Shown here: piece by piece, positions 29,560 through 43,239 of the stretch
Numbering within the stretch: position 1 is the stretch's first letter
Layout: every line of letters begins with the position of its first letter
Origin: the human T2T-CHM13v2.0 reference genome, Homo sapiens
Length of the DNA stretch: 64,000 nucleotides
Reading direction: 5' to 3' (one strand)
NCBI RefSeq assembly: GCF_009914755.1
Contig: NC_060932.1
Notes under the pieces: generated by a model
What the model was told of the DNA's origin: nothing
The model's database searches: none
The model's input: the letters and a program-made list of their open reading frames with translations, nothing else
Program-made: the position numbers and the translations under genes

Positions 29560-30784
29560 CTGACAAAAGAAATTTCAAAGAAATACTGTCGACACTGCTG
29601 AACAGTAGTTAATAATGAAGCTTACATCACTCAAGCCTTGGCAAGTGAAATAGTTTGTCCTGCAGTAAAAAAAAGGCCTTAAACTGGGTAGTGACAGCAG
29701 CAAAATTCTCAAGTTTGCATCTCAGGTGAACACTTGTCTCTCATCAAGAGTGGGTTGTACCATATACTACCTGGAGAGTTAGGGGTTAAATCTTAGGGCT
29801 GGCAGCCCTGGGACCAACAGCTTCCAGCAATTACATTTATCAGTGTATCCTCTGCATATCCCACTCCCTCTCCGGGGCTCGTTGCCAGCAGGCCTCTTAT
29901 TCCTCTGCTACACAGGGACATAAATCTCTTTGCAGGAAGCAGAAACTAAACTAGGTGCTTAAGAGCCTCGGCAGAGAAATTCAGTGCCACTCAGCTGTTG
30001 ATTTGCTGATGATAAAACGCACTCCTGATTTGCAAGCCTGGAGGTCCCTCTCTAACTCTGCAGTTCTCTGTGCCCTGGGACAGCCTTCATGTGGCCTCCC
30101 TGTGGCCTCCAGGGTACAGTAATGCATTGTATAGATTTCACCGCAAGTAAAGGATTCAGAATCCTTGCCTTGGAGAGGCCACAAGATGCTCATTTATTAT
30201 AAAATATCCTCTAGTCAGATGATAAAATTCCACCATTAAGGATTCATGCCCTAGGATAAATGTCACTCTCTTCCTGCAGCCTTCTTTCTAGGATGCAAAC
30301 CTCTGGGAGGTAAGAATGTGGAGGGGGTAAATGAATGGAGGAAAGGAAAAAGAAGAGGGAGCTATAGAGTTTGAGTTTTGGGGGAGGGAAACACAATCTT
30401 TGCTTCCTTTACAACTACACCATCAAGCCCCAGGGTCAGGGACCAGGTTTCTCTGTTAATTGCTGTTCTGCCACACCTTATGTCATACCTGGCACAACAC
30501 GGGCACTCAGTAGGGATGTGTTGAATGATGTCAATGAACAAAGCAGACACCTATCCCTCTCCTCCCTAAGAATGGGTGTGCATTAGAACAAGGATGACAA
30601 GGTGTCTGTCCTCCAGGCAGAAGCTAGCATCTCACACTGCACGGGAGCCTGTTGCAGTGGCCAGGTGGGCCTCTTAGTCGGAAGCCCCTGCTGTCAGATG
30701 ATGCCTACTCACAGCTAGGTTTGGCTATTGAGTGTCTCCTGGCTAGATTTCTTTTTTTTTTAATGAAGCAGCATGAAAATTCAC

Positions 30785-30849
30785 CTTCTACCTTTGCCTC
30801 TTCAGCAACTCCAATGACCAACTTGTCGGCATTCCTGGCTCGCCCAAAC
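30785..30849 (-). other. Exon F, 65 nt
   Basis: actccttgtttctag|GTTTGGGCGAGCC...GCAAAGGTAGAAG|gtgaat. Confidence 0.7.
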
Positions 30850-31604
30850 CTAGAAACAAGGAGTATGTTCACATCCAAAGACTTCAAAGAGCCAGGGCAG
30901 ACAGTTTTCAAGTCATCCTCCTGAAGCCTCTGCCACAGTTGGCAGCCAGGGTGAGGCCAAGCTTCACGGCTGCCCTCTGGGGCTGAAATAAATCTGAATG
31001 CCAGGGAGCCTGGTAGGACAATGGAACTAACCTCTTTGGCTCTTTAAAGAGAGGTGGCCCCACCCTCTCCCACAGGCTGCAGAGTCCTGGCCGACATATC
31101 AACTCGGTGGTTAAGAGCACCTAAAGATGTTTTTTATGGGACCTTTTACAAGGGCAAAACTCATTTAAAGCCTGCACCTTTGAAAGTCAGATTCCTGGAG
31201 AAATGGTTTACAGCCTTGAGCATGGTAAATGGTAAAAACCATTAAGCTTGCAAAAATATATGGATAAAATAATGAAAGGGGGCTCAGCTGCTGAATTAAT
31301 ACCTTTATGTACTCAAAGCAGTTTAACTGCCAAAGTGCTAGCTTGTATATCTTGGAAAAGAAATGAGAAAGAAGTAAGGGAGATGGAGACTCCAAGTTAT
31401 CAAGATGGCCAATAAACATGAGAACTGTGAAATGCTGAGTTGACAGCCGTAGAGATACACTTTGCCTGTGAAGCAGTAATCAGCCTCATTCACAAAATAG
31501 AACTGTCACTGTTAGAATCCAATGGATTCTATATGAGCAGGGAAGCAAAGAATCTTAATGAAGCTTCCTCATTTTACATGGATTTGGTAGAGCTCCTTAG
31601 GTTC

Positions 31605-32036
31605 TGTATTTGTTTGCTAGGGCTGCCATAACAAAACACCACAGACTGGGTGACTTAAGCAACAGAAGTTGATTTTCTCACAGCTCTGGAGACTAGAAGG
31701 CCAAGATCAAGGCATTGGCAGGTTTGGTTTCTTCTAAAGCCTCTCTCCTTTGCTTGCTGCCTTCTTGCTCTATCCTCACAGGGTCACCCCTCAGTCTCTG
31801 TGTTGCCTGTGTCCTAATCTCTTTATAAGAACACCAGTCATGCTGGATTAGGGTCCAATATGACCTCATTTTACCTTAATTACCTCTTTAAATCCCTATC
31901 TAATTTTACCTAATGACCTCATTTTACCTTAATTACCTCCTTAAAGGCCCTATCGCCAAATACAGTCACATTTGGAGGTACTGAGTGTTAGGAATTTAAT
32001 ACGCGAATTTTGAGGAGGACACAAGTCATCCCATAA
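31605..32036 (-). mobile_element. MLT1 (A0/B-like) LTR
   Basis: tgtatttgtttgctagggctgccataacaaaacaccacagactggg. Confidence 0.88.
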
Positions 32037-32215
32037 TAGGCTCCAAAAGGAGGTGATATCTTGCAAGGTGGAGCGGAGAGACTATCTCCCATCGTCGTAG
32101 TCCTACACACAAGGAAGAGGTCAGAAATCCCTTAAATCTAAGCCATATGTTTGAATGAGCTCCCTGTGCTTCTAAGACCTTCATGTGCCTTTACAATCTA
32201 TGAGAAAGGATGATG

Positions 32216-32521
32216 TGCCAGGCACAGTGGCCCACACCTGCAATCTCAGTGCTCTGGGAGGCCACGGCAGGAGAAATGCTTGAGGCCAGAAGTTCAGGAC
32301 CAGCCCAGACAACATAGCAAGACCCTACCTCTGCAAAATTTTTAAAAAATTAGCCAGACATAGTGGTGCAAACCTGTAGTCCAAGCTACTTGGGAGGCCA
32401 AGGCAGGAGGATCACTTGAGCCCAGGAGTTTGAGGCTGCTGGGAGCCACGATTGCTCCACTGCAGTCTAACCTGGGTGACAGACTAAGACCCTGTCTCAA
32501 AAAAAAAAAAAAAAAAAAAAA
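32216..32521 (+). mobile_element. AluJ
   Basis: Alu dimer with A-tail. Confidence 0.95.
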
Positions 32522-33165
32522 GACAATAGTGAAGATGTCTCTATTTTCTCCTCTAATGAAAAGGTAAAAACATAGGTTATTTTCTCTCCTCGGCCTCCTG
32601 AGCCTGCATTGATTAGTGAGACACAGAGCAGCATGGCAAATTCGAGTCTGAAGCCAGATTCCCTGACTGGAATCCCATCCCTGCCACTTACAGTGTAACC
32701 TGTTAACTGACAAACCCATTAATAAAAACCAATCATGACAAGGGAAGGAATGGAGCAATTAAAATTCCTAGTTCCAACCACTTTTCAACAGAAAGTTGAA
32801 AGTCTCAAATAAGCCAGGGCTTTGAAAACATAACACTTTTGTTCAAACATGCCAATCAACTCGTGATGGAGACTGCATTAATTCTTAGATCAAGAGCTCA
32901 TTACTTATAATGTAGGTCAAGGAGGCCATGTCAGCTCTGCTAAGTTAGTCTTTGAGGACTGCAATTTGCAAATTAGAAAAAAGAAAGTGTTCTAATTAAA
33001 ATGACTCTGTCATTTCTGGGCCTTGGAAGTGTGCCAGAATGTCCTTTCTGAGCAGAAAAAGAACTAGCCACAAAAATGCAGTGGGCTTCACAATCTACGC
33101 CCATGCCCATATCCCCCCGCCTGTCAAGGATATAATGGCTAAGAGGCTTAGAAAATACAGAAAAA

Positions 33166-33649
33166 TCATGCTGCTATAAAGACACATGCACACGTATGTT
33201 TATTGCAGCACTATTCACAATAACAAAGACTTGGAACCAACCCAAATGCCCAACAATGATAGACTGGATTAAGAAAATGTGGCACATATACACCATGGAA
33301 TACTATGCAGCCATAAAAAATGATGAGTTCACATCCTTTGTAGGGACATGGATGAAATTGGAAATCATCATTCTCAGTAAACTATCGCAAGAACAAAAAA
33401 CCAAACACCGCATATTCTCACTCATAGGTGGGAAGTGAACAATGAGAACACATGGACACAGGAAGGGGAACATCACACTCTGGGGACTGTTGTGGGGTGG
33501 TGGGAAGGGGGAGGGATAGCATTAGGAGATATACCTAATGCTAATTGACGAGTTAATGGGTGCAGCGCACCAGCATGGCACATGTATACATATGTAACTA
33601 ACCTGCACATTGTGCATATGTACCCTAAATCTTAAAGTATAAAAAAAAA
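33166..33649 (+). mobile_element. Young 5'-truncated L1 (L1PA2/PA3-like)
   Basis: ORF 33196-33438 is the L1 ORF2 C-terminus (MFIAALFTI...WIKKMWHIYTMEYYAAIK), followed by 3'UTR and A-tail; TSD aaaatacagaaaaa. Confidence 0.95.
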
Positions 33650-33879
33650 TACAGAAAAAGATAAGGAATTAAACAAGTGGGCTGAAAACCTCCCGTGAGC
33701 CAGGAGCTAGTCACTCACATTCTCTCCCAACTGTCATGGTGTCCTGAGGCAGAAACAGAGCCTCAGAAAGGAAAGAGAGTTTGCTTAAGATCTGTAGGCT
33801 CATAGGATTTGATGTTAAGACATATGACTCCAGATTCCAATTCTAGTGCTCTTCCAACATCCTCAGAGTCTATCCAAAC

Positions 33880-34340
33880 CTCTCCACACTGCAGCTAGGG
33901 TGCACATCTGATCATGTCTCACCTCTGCATAAAGACCTTCAGCATCTCCATGGCTCTTAGAATAAACACACAGCTTCTTAAGCTGGTCCAAGAGACCCTC
34001 CTCCCTCTGGTCCCAATCGGGGGATGCTCATTCCTTCCCATCTTTGCCTCGATAACCAGCGCTCGTCCTTCAGTTCTGTTTCAGTTCCATTATCCAGGTC
34101 CTAAGAAGGGTTTCCTGCTTTCTGGGATCAGACTACACTCTCTGTTACATACTCTCATATGACTCAGTGTTGCCCCTTTTTAGCTTATACTTATTCGTGT
34201 TATCAAAACTTGTCATCTTTAGTTATCTATAAACTCCATGAATGCAGTTTCTTAGGGTGTCTCCATCACCCCACATAGTGCTGGCACATACTAGGCACTC
34301 AATAAATATTTTCTGAATGGGTGAATGTTTTAATGAGTGT
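33880..34340 (+). mobile_element. L2 3' end
   Basis: gtgctggcacatactaggcactcaataaatattttctgaatg. Confidence 0.75.
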
Positions 34341-34996
34341 GTTTGCATGAATTTTCTTCCTTTCTATTCTTTCTGCTCCTGGAGTGTGGAAATTGGCTCT
34401 GAGGCAGCAGAGGAAATAAAAATCCCCAATCAGAATAATTGCTCCTTCCAGTAACTACCTGCAGAACGATTTGTCATTGTGTCATGCTGATTTATAACAA
34501 AGTTGGGGGATTAGCATGTTACCATCTTCCCCTACTAGACTGCTGGCAGGGGTTACATTTGGTTCATCATTGTATCCACCGTACCTAGCATAGTACAAGA
34601 GCTCACACATCTGTTTCAGGGAGAAAAACACAAAGAACTAATGAAAAATTACAGTCTACAGGAGTAAGATCTCTTAGCTCAGGCGTGAAGAAATTCAGAG
34701 CACAGGTAGATTAATTAACTCCAGGAAGGAATAGGAAAATATCTTCCACTGATACTACAAGAAAAAGAGAGGACAGATGTAGAAATAAAATTAGATCAAA
34801 GTGATGGAGAATGAGGAAGGGGGCATTTGTGCCAGGGTCCACAATTTGCCCAGTTTCAGGCTTTCCATGGCAAGGTCTGCAGGGAGGAGCAAGATTGGAT
34901 GGAAGCAAAGGTGGAGGCTGGAAGAGAGCAAGGATGGTCCAGAAAAGCCACTGTGGTGAGAAAGTCAGAAAGTTCATTAAAGAAATACAGAAAAGT

Positions 34997-35335
<339 letters not shown>

Positions 35336-36318
35336 TCAAGAGCTGAGAATTGGTTTAGTCTGGAAACTGTTTCTTGTAGTTTCTCTAGCTGTGCTTTATT
35401 ACCTAAACTCAGATCTTGAGGAATGGGGTGGAGGCTTCATTGTTAATTCAGCTAATTCGGAAGTCCAAGTTGGGAAAGGAGTTCGGTAATATCAGAATGG
35501 GTCAGATTGTCTACACAAAGGGGGAAGGAGTCTAGTTGCTGCCAATCTTGGTGACGGCTGAAGGTCAGGACTTGAGCCCCCTAAGCTGTGGGTGGGTGGG
35601 TCCATCGGGTGCCCCAAGACTTGAAAATCAGGCACACTGGGGAGGGACAGGTGCTTGGGTGCAGCTTTGAATGTGAGTAGGTAGAGGAAGTCCAGCCAAG
35701 CTGCCCAGGCTTACTTGTAGAGGGCCTGCTTGTGTCACTTCCTACTGACAATGACAAATTCCCCACCTCGAGCCTTCACACTGTGGAAGGTCAGGCAGGA
35801 GATGAGCAGCCTGGAGCCAGGGCTTTGGCCACACAGGTAAATTTAGGGAAATTCCCTAGGAGGGTGAGTGGCTAGGAGGTTGTAGTCTTGGAGTGACAAG
35901 GTGACTTACTGGGCAGGCTTTCACCACAGTGGTTCGCTATAAATTCAATCAGACAGAAATCCCAAGTGTTAAAGTCATCTTAGGAAGGTGAAAGTGGGTC
36001 TATGGCGCACAGGGGATGACTGGAGTAACGTCTTAAAGGCAGGTGGTGGGAACAAATGGGGATGTGTGGTGGCTCTGGAACAAGTGCTGAGGACAGAATC
36101 ATCCCTCCGCACTGCGTCCCCTGCCCTCTGCTGCACACACCCACTCCTCTCTTCTTGAAAGAGAAAAAGAATAAAATGAAATCTCACAGGAGAGAATGCT
36201 GGGACAGAGTGATTTAGAGAAAGCTTCATTTCTTATCAAATGAGGAGATGAAGTAAGGAAACAAAGAGACTTAAGATGAACTTGGAAAAACATCTGAAGC
36301 CTAATCAAGAGGGAACAC

Positions 36319-36542
36319 AGGCCGGGTGTGGTGGCTCACACCTGTAATCCCAGCACTTTTGGAGGCCAAGGCAGCCGGATCACTTGAGGCCAGGAGTTCG
36401 AGACCAACATGAGGAAACCCCGTCTCTACTAAAAATACAAAAATTAGCTAGGTGGGTGGTGGTGGGCACCTGTAGTCCCAGCTACTCAGGAGGCTGAGGC
36501 AGGAGAATTGCAGTGAGACTTCGTCTCAAGAAAAAAAAAAAA
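36319..36542 (+). mobile_element. Alu with internal deletions
   Basis: Alu start and tail present, three segments missing. Confidence 0.9.
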
Positions 36543-36806
36543 GTGACATGCTAATGGTATCTTAAACTTTATCACTAGATCTGTGAGGGAAGGATTTTTT
36601 TCTGTTTTGTTCACTGCAGTATTCTGTATACCTAGAAAAGTGCCCGGAAGAGAAGGCACTCAATAATTATTTGTACAAATGAATGAATGAAATTTTGATT
36701 TTTGTTCACCTAAGGAAGGTTGCAGTCTTGGAGTTACAAGACTGCTTACTTGGTTGGCTTTCACCTTAGTGGTTAGTTAAGCCAAAAGAGGACTCCTTGA
36801 GCTTAC

Positions 36807-37067
36807 TTCTTCCTGTCCTTTAAGTGTCTTCTCCTCTGACTGTAAGTTGTACTGGTACTTGGGCCTGATGTACAGCACTGCTAGACCAGGTCCCTGAAAC
36901 TCCCATTCATGGGATCCTCTAGGGCCTTTCTCCTGCCGCGGGCTTGTTGCCATCCAGTGCTTTGGAAGCTACATGTTGAATTGATGGAGTCATGTAAGTG
37001 AGGGAGGCTAGCCCCTGAATTGCTGATTGAAAACATCCTCCCACAGCTCAGAAACACACATTTTGGA
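36807..37067 (-). other. Candidate cassette exon, 261 nt
   Basis: gtttcctttaaattcctgtacag|TCCAAAATG...GGACAGGAAGAA|gtaagc; unique sequence. Confidence 0.45.
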
Positions 37068-37759
37068 CTGTACAGGAATTTAAAGGAAACTGCCATTCTG
37101 TTAAGCCCTTGAGATTCAGGAGCTTATCTGTGAGAGTATCCCGTGTTACCCAAACTAATGCAGGGACAATGGCTACCTGGTTTATGATCATCTTTTTGGT
37201 GCCTGGAAGAACTTGTAGCATATGTCAGAGACTGAATAATGTTTGTTGAGGGAAAGAAAAAAGAAAGGAAAGGAGGAAGGGAAGGAGAAAATGATATTCC
37301 CAGAGCTCTATAATCATCTTGTCATGGATTCAACTTATTTACTTATTTTTACCATCTCCATTTTCTTCCCCACATCTGCCGTAATTTTTTATATGCTGAA
37401 AATGCAGTAAAGAATCTACCTTTGGATATCTGCCAGATTTATTCCAAGGAATTCATATTTTTGGTAAACTTCATATTAATAATACCTGTGAGGTAAAACT
37501 ATTTTGTAAAACTGAGATTAAAGAAACTATTCTCAAAACAGAATCATAATAACAAATTTATCGCTTGATAACATCTGATAGCACAAACAATATTAAATCC
37601 TGATAGACCTGAAATTCTAGGCTTGGAGAACCTTTAAACTAAGTCAATTAGAAAATTAGAATATCATATACATTATACACTATAGACATATATGTTATTA
37701 TTTATTACCAGCAGAAAGAAAATTTGTGATAGAAACTTCTAGTGCTCACCTGGGCACAG

Positions 37760-37995
37760 GGAAGACTACCTGTTCACCCCTGTACAGGTAGACAAAGCAC
37801 TGTGACTTCTCCTAGACAATGTGAGATGCATTTGTCACTTCTGGGCCAAGGCAGTGAAAAGCTCTGATTCCTCTACTTGATCTCTCTTCTCTTTACTTGA
37901 GTTGCATGAGCAAGAAATAAGCCTTTGTTGCATTAATCCACTGAGAGCCAGATGTTGCTATGTTGCCATAGAATAGTCTTGCCTAGCTTAATTTA
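37760..37995 (+). mobile_element. MLT1 (J-like) LTR fragment
   Basis: tgtcacttctgggcc...catgagcaagaaataagccttt. Confidence 0.6.
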
Positions 37996-38054
37996 GGATG
38001 GTTACCCAAGAGGCAGTTCATACAAAACTAATGACATGTTTACGTCCTAGATGA

Positions 38055-38410
<356 letters not shown>

Positions 38411-40509
38411 TAAGCTATGGTTTTTAAGGTCAAGATACCAAGAATAGGCAAAAGGTTTAGAAAGGGTAAGTATAGTTGGTGTTCATGATACAGACTGTTG
38501 ACAAAGCAAAGTTACACAATTAAGACAAGTGCACTGAAATGTCAAACCTCACTGAATTCACACCTGCTGCTGTGACCTGTGGCGACAGAGATTTCATCTT
38601 GGCAGTGATTCCTTTTCCTGTATTCAGATTACATTAAACTTGATTGGAAAGCTGTTCACCAAAGGTAGACACAGAAATCAATGCAATTCAACACTCAGCC
38701 TTGCTGATGCATATGTCAGGAGAACACACTACTTTCCCAGGTTATCTGTTCTCTTATTAAAAATGCTGCTACACACCTCCTTAAAGACACATTCTGCTGT
38801 AACATAACTCTATTATCTTGAAAAATCTTTATGTCAGTCTGACTTCTTTTCTTCTCCTTAGTGTTAAATACTCTGCCCCTTGTTGCTATTCTTTGACTTT
38901 TAATCTCATTGAAATGCGATCACTTGCAGTAACTTCTTCGTGGGATAACTTCCTTTTCTTTGATCGTTTTCAAATACAGGCAGACAAAATATATTATTTC
39001 AATGTAGAATCTATAACTTAAAAAATAGTCCACAAAAGAAACCTGTCATGGCCTCCAGGCAGTTAATGGTTGCAGCTTTGCAAATAAAACTGACCCTCCT
39101 ATAACATAATTGATCGAGCCAGTCAGAAACTGGGTCTGAATATGTGGATTTAATTTAAAAAAATTTCTTGGAACTGTTCCTTTCAGTAGAACAGAAGTCA
39201 GAGTTTTGACACGTTGTACAATTATAAAGAAAAAAGAAGGCTCCTGATGGAAAGCATGGACAAATTCCATGTACACAATCTAATTAGCATGAAAAATGCA
39301 TGGGCAAATGAAGATATGTCTAAGTTGAAATCATATTAGCAAAGCAGTTGCTATCATTTCCAAATTTCAACAGGCAGCAAACATTCCATTAAGGCTCCAA
39401 ACTACATATTATGTCTGTGCACATTTTCCATTATCAGTTTGGCTCCTTCATCAACTATTCCAAACTCTGTCGCTGGTTTTCTAGGTTCCACGTTGGGAAG
39501 CTAAGTGAACCCTGATTACATTTCTGGTGCAAATATATCCAAATATCCCTTGCTGACCCCTTCCTTAGTGGCAGGAATTCAAAATAAGTGAACAAAGACA
39601 AAAGTAAAAAGAAATAGAGATAAAAAGAATACAATAAAGGGATTCACTGTGTAAGAATTCACAAGAGGTTAGGTAGAAGCTTGTTCTGCTCTAAAAATTC
39701 CCTCTAATCTCCCAAGCTGTGGGTGATGAGCTCAGCTTACACTTTTATTAAGAAAATAGAAGCTGTCTGATAAGGGTATGAACTTTCATCTTGCTATCAC
39801 CAAACCTATACGCCGGTTTGCCTCTAGCTAGCTTTTGATGAGCTCTTGATGCTACTTCATCTCTTTCCTTCTTAAAACTGGTTCCCCTTGGTTAACCCCT
39901 CAATCCTGCATCAACAGCACATACTCCCTGTACTGCTCTCACTGGCATATGAACATGTTTGACTATCTCTTTATGCATTCTTCCACCCGCTGCCTCATTT
40001 CTCTACTCTTGTTCATAATCAAATTTGAACAAGAAATTTCTCTACTCTTGTTCATAACCACTCTCGTTCACTCCAAGAGTGGTATACACATACTGCTCTT
40101 CAGCCTACTAGAATTTGGTTTCACCCCCATCTTTCCATGGAAGTTTCTCTTGACCTCTTGTCAAGGTCTCCACATGGCCTCATCTCAGCAGCATGAAACA
40201 CAATTAACCCTTCAGTTTTCTATGACACGAAAACCTCTGCCCACCACTCTGGTCACGCCTTCTGTGTTCTTTGCAAGATCCAGGACTTACATTCAATGAT
40301 CTCTACTAGTTTGGCTATACCAGTTGTTAAATATTGAAATATTTCATACTGGTTGTAAATAGTTACCATCCTTAGCCACCTTACCCCACCTCTCCTCCTA
40401 TCTTGGCCCCTTCTCTGGGACCCTGCTAAACATTTGCTTCATCTAGCAACTAAAGAGTTATGCCCCCAAAGAAGAGGGCCTCCAAGACCCCAAATAGGTT
40501 ATAAGGACA

Positions 40510-41400
40510 CCTATTAGTGAAATAAATTCCAAAACCATGATGAGATACCACTACACATTTATTAGAATGGCAAAAAAGAAAAAGAAAATATCAAATACTG
40601 GCAAGGATGTGGAGAAACTAGCTCTCGCATACATTGCTGGTGGGCGTGCAAAATGACAGGGCCACTCTAGAAAACAGTTTGGCAGCTTTTTATAAAAGTT
40701 AAACATACGCTCATCATATGACCCAGCTATCCCACTCCTATTTTCCCTAGAGAACTGAGAACTTCTATTCACACAAAAACCTCTACAGGACCACTTACAG
40801 CCCCTCTATTCATAATCACCAAAACTTGAAAACAACTAACATGTCTTTCAAAGGATGAATGAGTAAACAAACTAAGGGTCACCTGTAAGTGGAATATTCA
40901 GTAGCAGAAAGGAACAAACTGTTGATACATGAAATAACTTGGTTGAATCTCAAAATCATTGAGATTTGCTGAGTGAAAGAAACAAGTCTCAGTGGGTTAC
41001 GTACTTTGTGGTTTCGTTTGTTTTGATATTCTTGAAAGCACTAAACTACAGCGATGAGGAACAGATCAATGGTTTCCAGGGATTATGGGTGGGGAGAAAG
41101 TATAAGTATAAAGGGATAGCATTAATGAGTTGTTTTGGGTGATATAACAGTTCTGTTTCCTGATTTTGGTGATAGTTGTACAAATTTATATAAATATATT
41201 TATAATATAATCTATAATGTAAAATTATATGATATATTACATTGTAATATATAATATATAATAGCATATACAATATAAGTATATAAAATTTATATATAAT
41301 TTATATACATTTATATTATATGTGTGTTAAAATTCATAGAACTGTACATACACACACACAGACACAAGTCAATTTTACTGTATGATAATTTTTTTAAAAA
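40510..41400 (+). mobile_element. L1MC/L1MB-type 3' end with an AT-rich tract at 41185-41322
   Basis: gagataccactacac...tggcaaggatgtggagaaacta...catacattgctggtggg. Confidence 0.88.
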
Positions 41401-42943
41401 AGTGTTGTCTACCCTACCAGCTAGGCCCAACTTAAATTCTACCTGTATCTCTTCCTTTTCCCTAAATTGGGTGATTAAGCACATTGTACAAAAGTTTCTT
41501 GAAGTTTGGAGATGTTTCTGGAAATTAGAGAACAGTGCCAGCTCCTTATCTAGCTATTTTTGATGGTTAGTGGCTCATCAGTACCGAGGCCTGTAGGGTG
41601 AGAGGGAGCCATCACGTGGAGCACCTTGGAAAGAGGAAGTGAGGATGTTGTCATTGTTCTCCATGGCTTTGGAAATCAAGGCAAATATTCAGCTGGTTTC
41701 TGTGACCCAGGTGAGGTTAATTGAAGGATGGGCACCCATAGCTGGCCCTCGCGTTCACTCTTCAAAGCAGAGCTACCCAACCTGAAGAGATATAGCATAT
41801 ATGGCTGGCAAGAGCCACAGGAAAGATTGACTGTCCCCCAGTGATCTTTTGGGCTGGTTAGCTGTATTGAGGCTGAACGCTGCCCATGGAAATTCCTTAT
41901 GCCATCCACACAGAAATCTCCACTTTAGCAGAGACATGAAAAGCAGAATCACCAGAATCTAAGTCATCGGAAAGTCTCTCATCCAAATAACACCCAGTTG
42001 TGGGTGAGTCTGCTTCACAGTGCCAGGAATCAAACCAGGAAATGGTGCCACAACAGGGGCCAGCAGAGGAGGGACCACACCCAAGCTTCTCAATTCCTTA
42101 GACCCCCTTTACCTGTGTAGGAAGATGTCCCTCTAGCCTCCATCTCTGTTGCTACTTCTGCGGATGATGGAACTCAAAGGAAAAAAAGGAGAGCTCATGA
42201 GAAGCACAAGGAAAGCAGGGTACACCAAGCTCTGAAACACACTATTTCCAGCAGCACCAGTAGCAGCTGGTGCAGAACAAGAAACTAGCCCCAGCAATCT
42301 AAACTTTTAGAAAAGTCTAAGATTTAAGCCAGTATCAGGTGGGACCAAAGTACTTTATTGGGTAACATCAGATCCCTCCTTCTCCTACCCCTGTGCCTAG
42401 ACAGGGAGATTATGAGAACAAAAGTTTGCTATCAGTTAGTCAAGAAATTTAAAAAATTTCTACGTCTGTAAAGCACTGAGTTGAGACCTTTAATCATTCC
42501 CACAAGAGAAAGAAGAAAGGTTAGAAAATAAATTGTAAAGATAAAGGAGACAGGAAATAAACAATTCACAGAAAGTTCATGGCCTTTCTCTCGGATCATT
42601 TGCTTTTTTCCCAACCTGCCAGGGTGCCCTTCAGCTCTATCTGCCCAGCCTCCTCTCCAGGGCACCTACCAGGCTCTGTCTTCTATAACCACTGGAACTT
42701 CTGGCTTTGCTCTGTGCAGAGAGCTGCATCCCCAGCAATGGGGCAGGACTTGGAAATCAATGGATGAGCAAGCCTGCACGGGCTGCTGTCAAATCTGGGC
42801 TTGAAATAAGTGCTTTTGACAAAAGTCCACCCTTAAATGTCACTGACCTTTCAAATGACAGCTTTTATGTCGTATTATGTAGGAAGGGCCCTAACTCTGA
42901 AAATCCAGGTTTTTGCTGAGATGCAGTTTCTCTTCTTCCTCAC

Positions 42944-42959
42944 CTGTGAATAACATCAG
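42944..42959 (-). other. Microexon E, 16 nt
   Basis: gtattcatttccttcag|CTGATGTTATTCACAG|gtgagg; both sites near consensus. Confidence 0.7.
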
Positions 42960-43239
42960 CTGAAGGAAATGAATACATTTTTAAGTTTTGGAATTTAAGG
43001 ATTATGTGGATTCAGGTGACTAGAGGAAAATTGAAAAAGAGAAAAAAAACTTTAAAAATGAAATGAGTTTCCAAGAAACAGTTTTAGGAATATTTGTGAA
43101 GAGATTTTGCTATCAATACCTCCTATTTACCAATATATAGGTATCTACAGTTTACTTTTAGGTTTACTGATTTCCTTATATCTGTAACCACAGAGGTCTA
43201 TAGATCTTATATATAGCTCCACTCTAACATATTAATGTC

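Noticed and set aside
33196-33438. 80-aa ORF that looks like real protein
   Set aside because: It is the C-terminus of L1 ORF2p in a 5'-truncated retrotransposon, not a host gene
41500-42450. Possible old LTR or plus-strand exon (CCAG|gtgagg near 41710)
   Set aside because: No recognisable consensus and no matching acceptor or partner exons on plus
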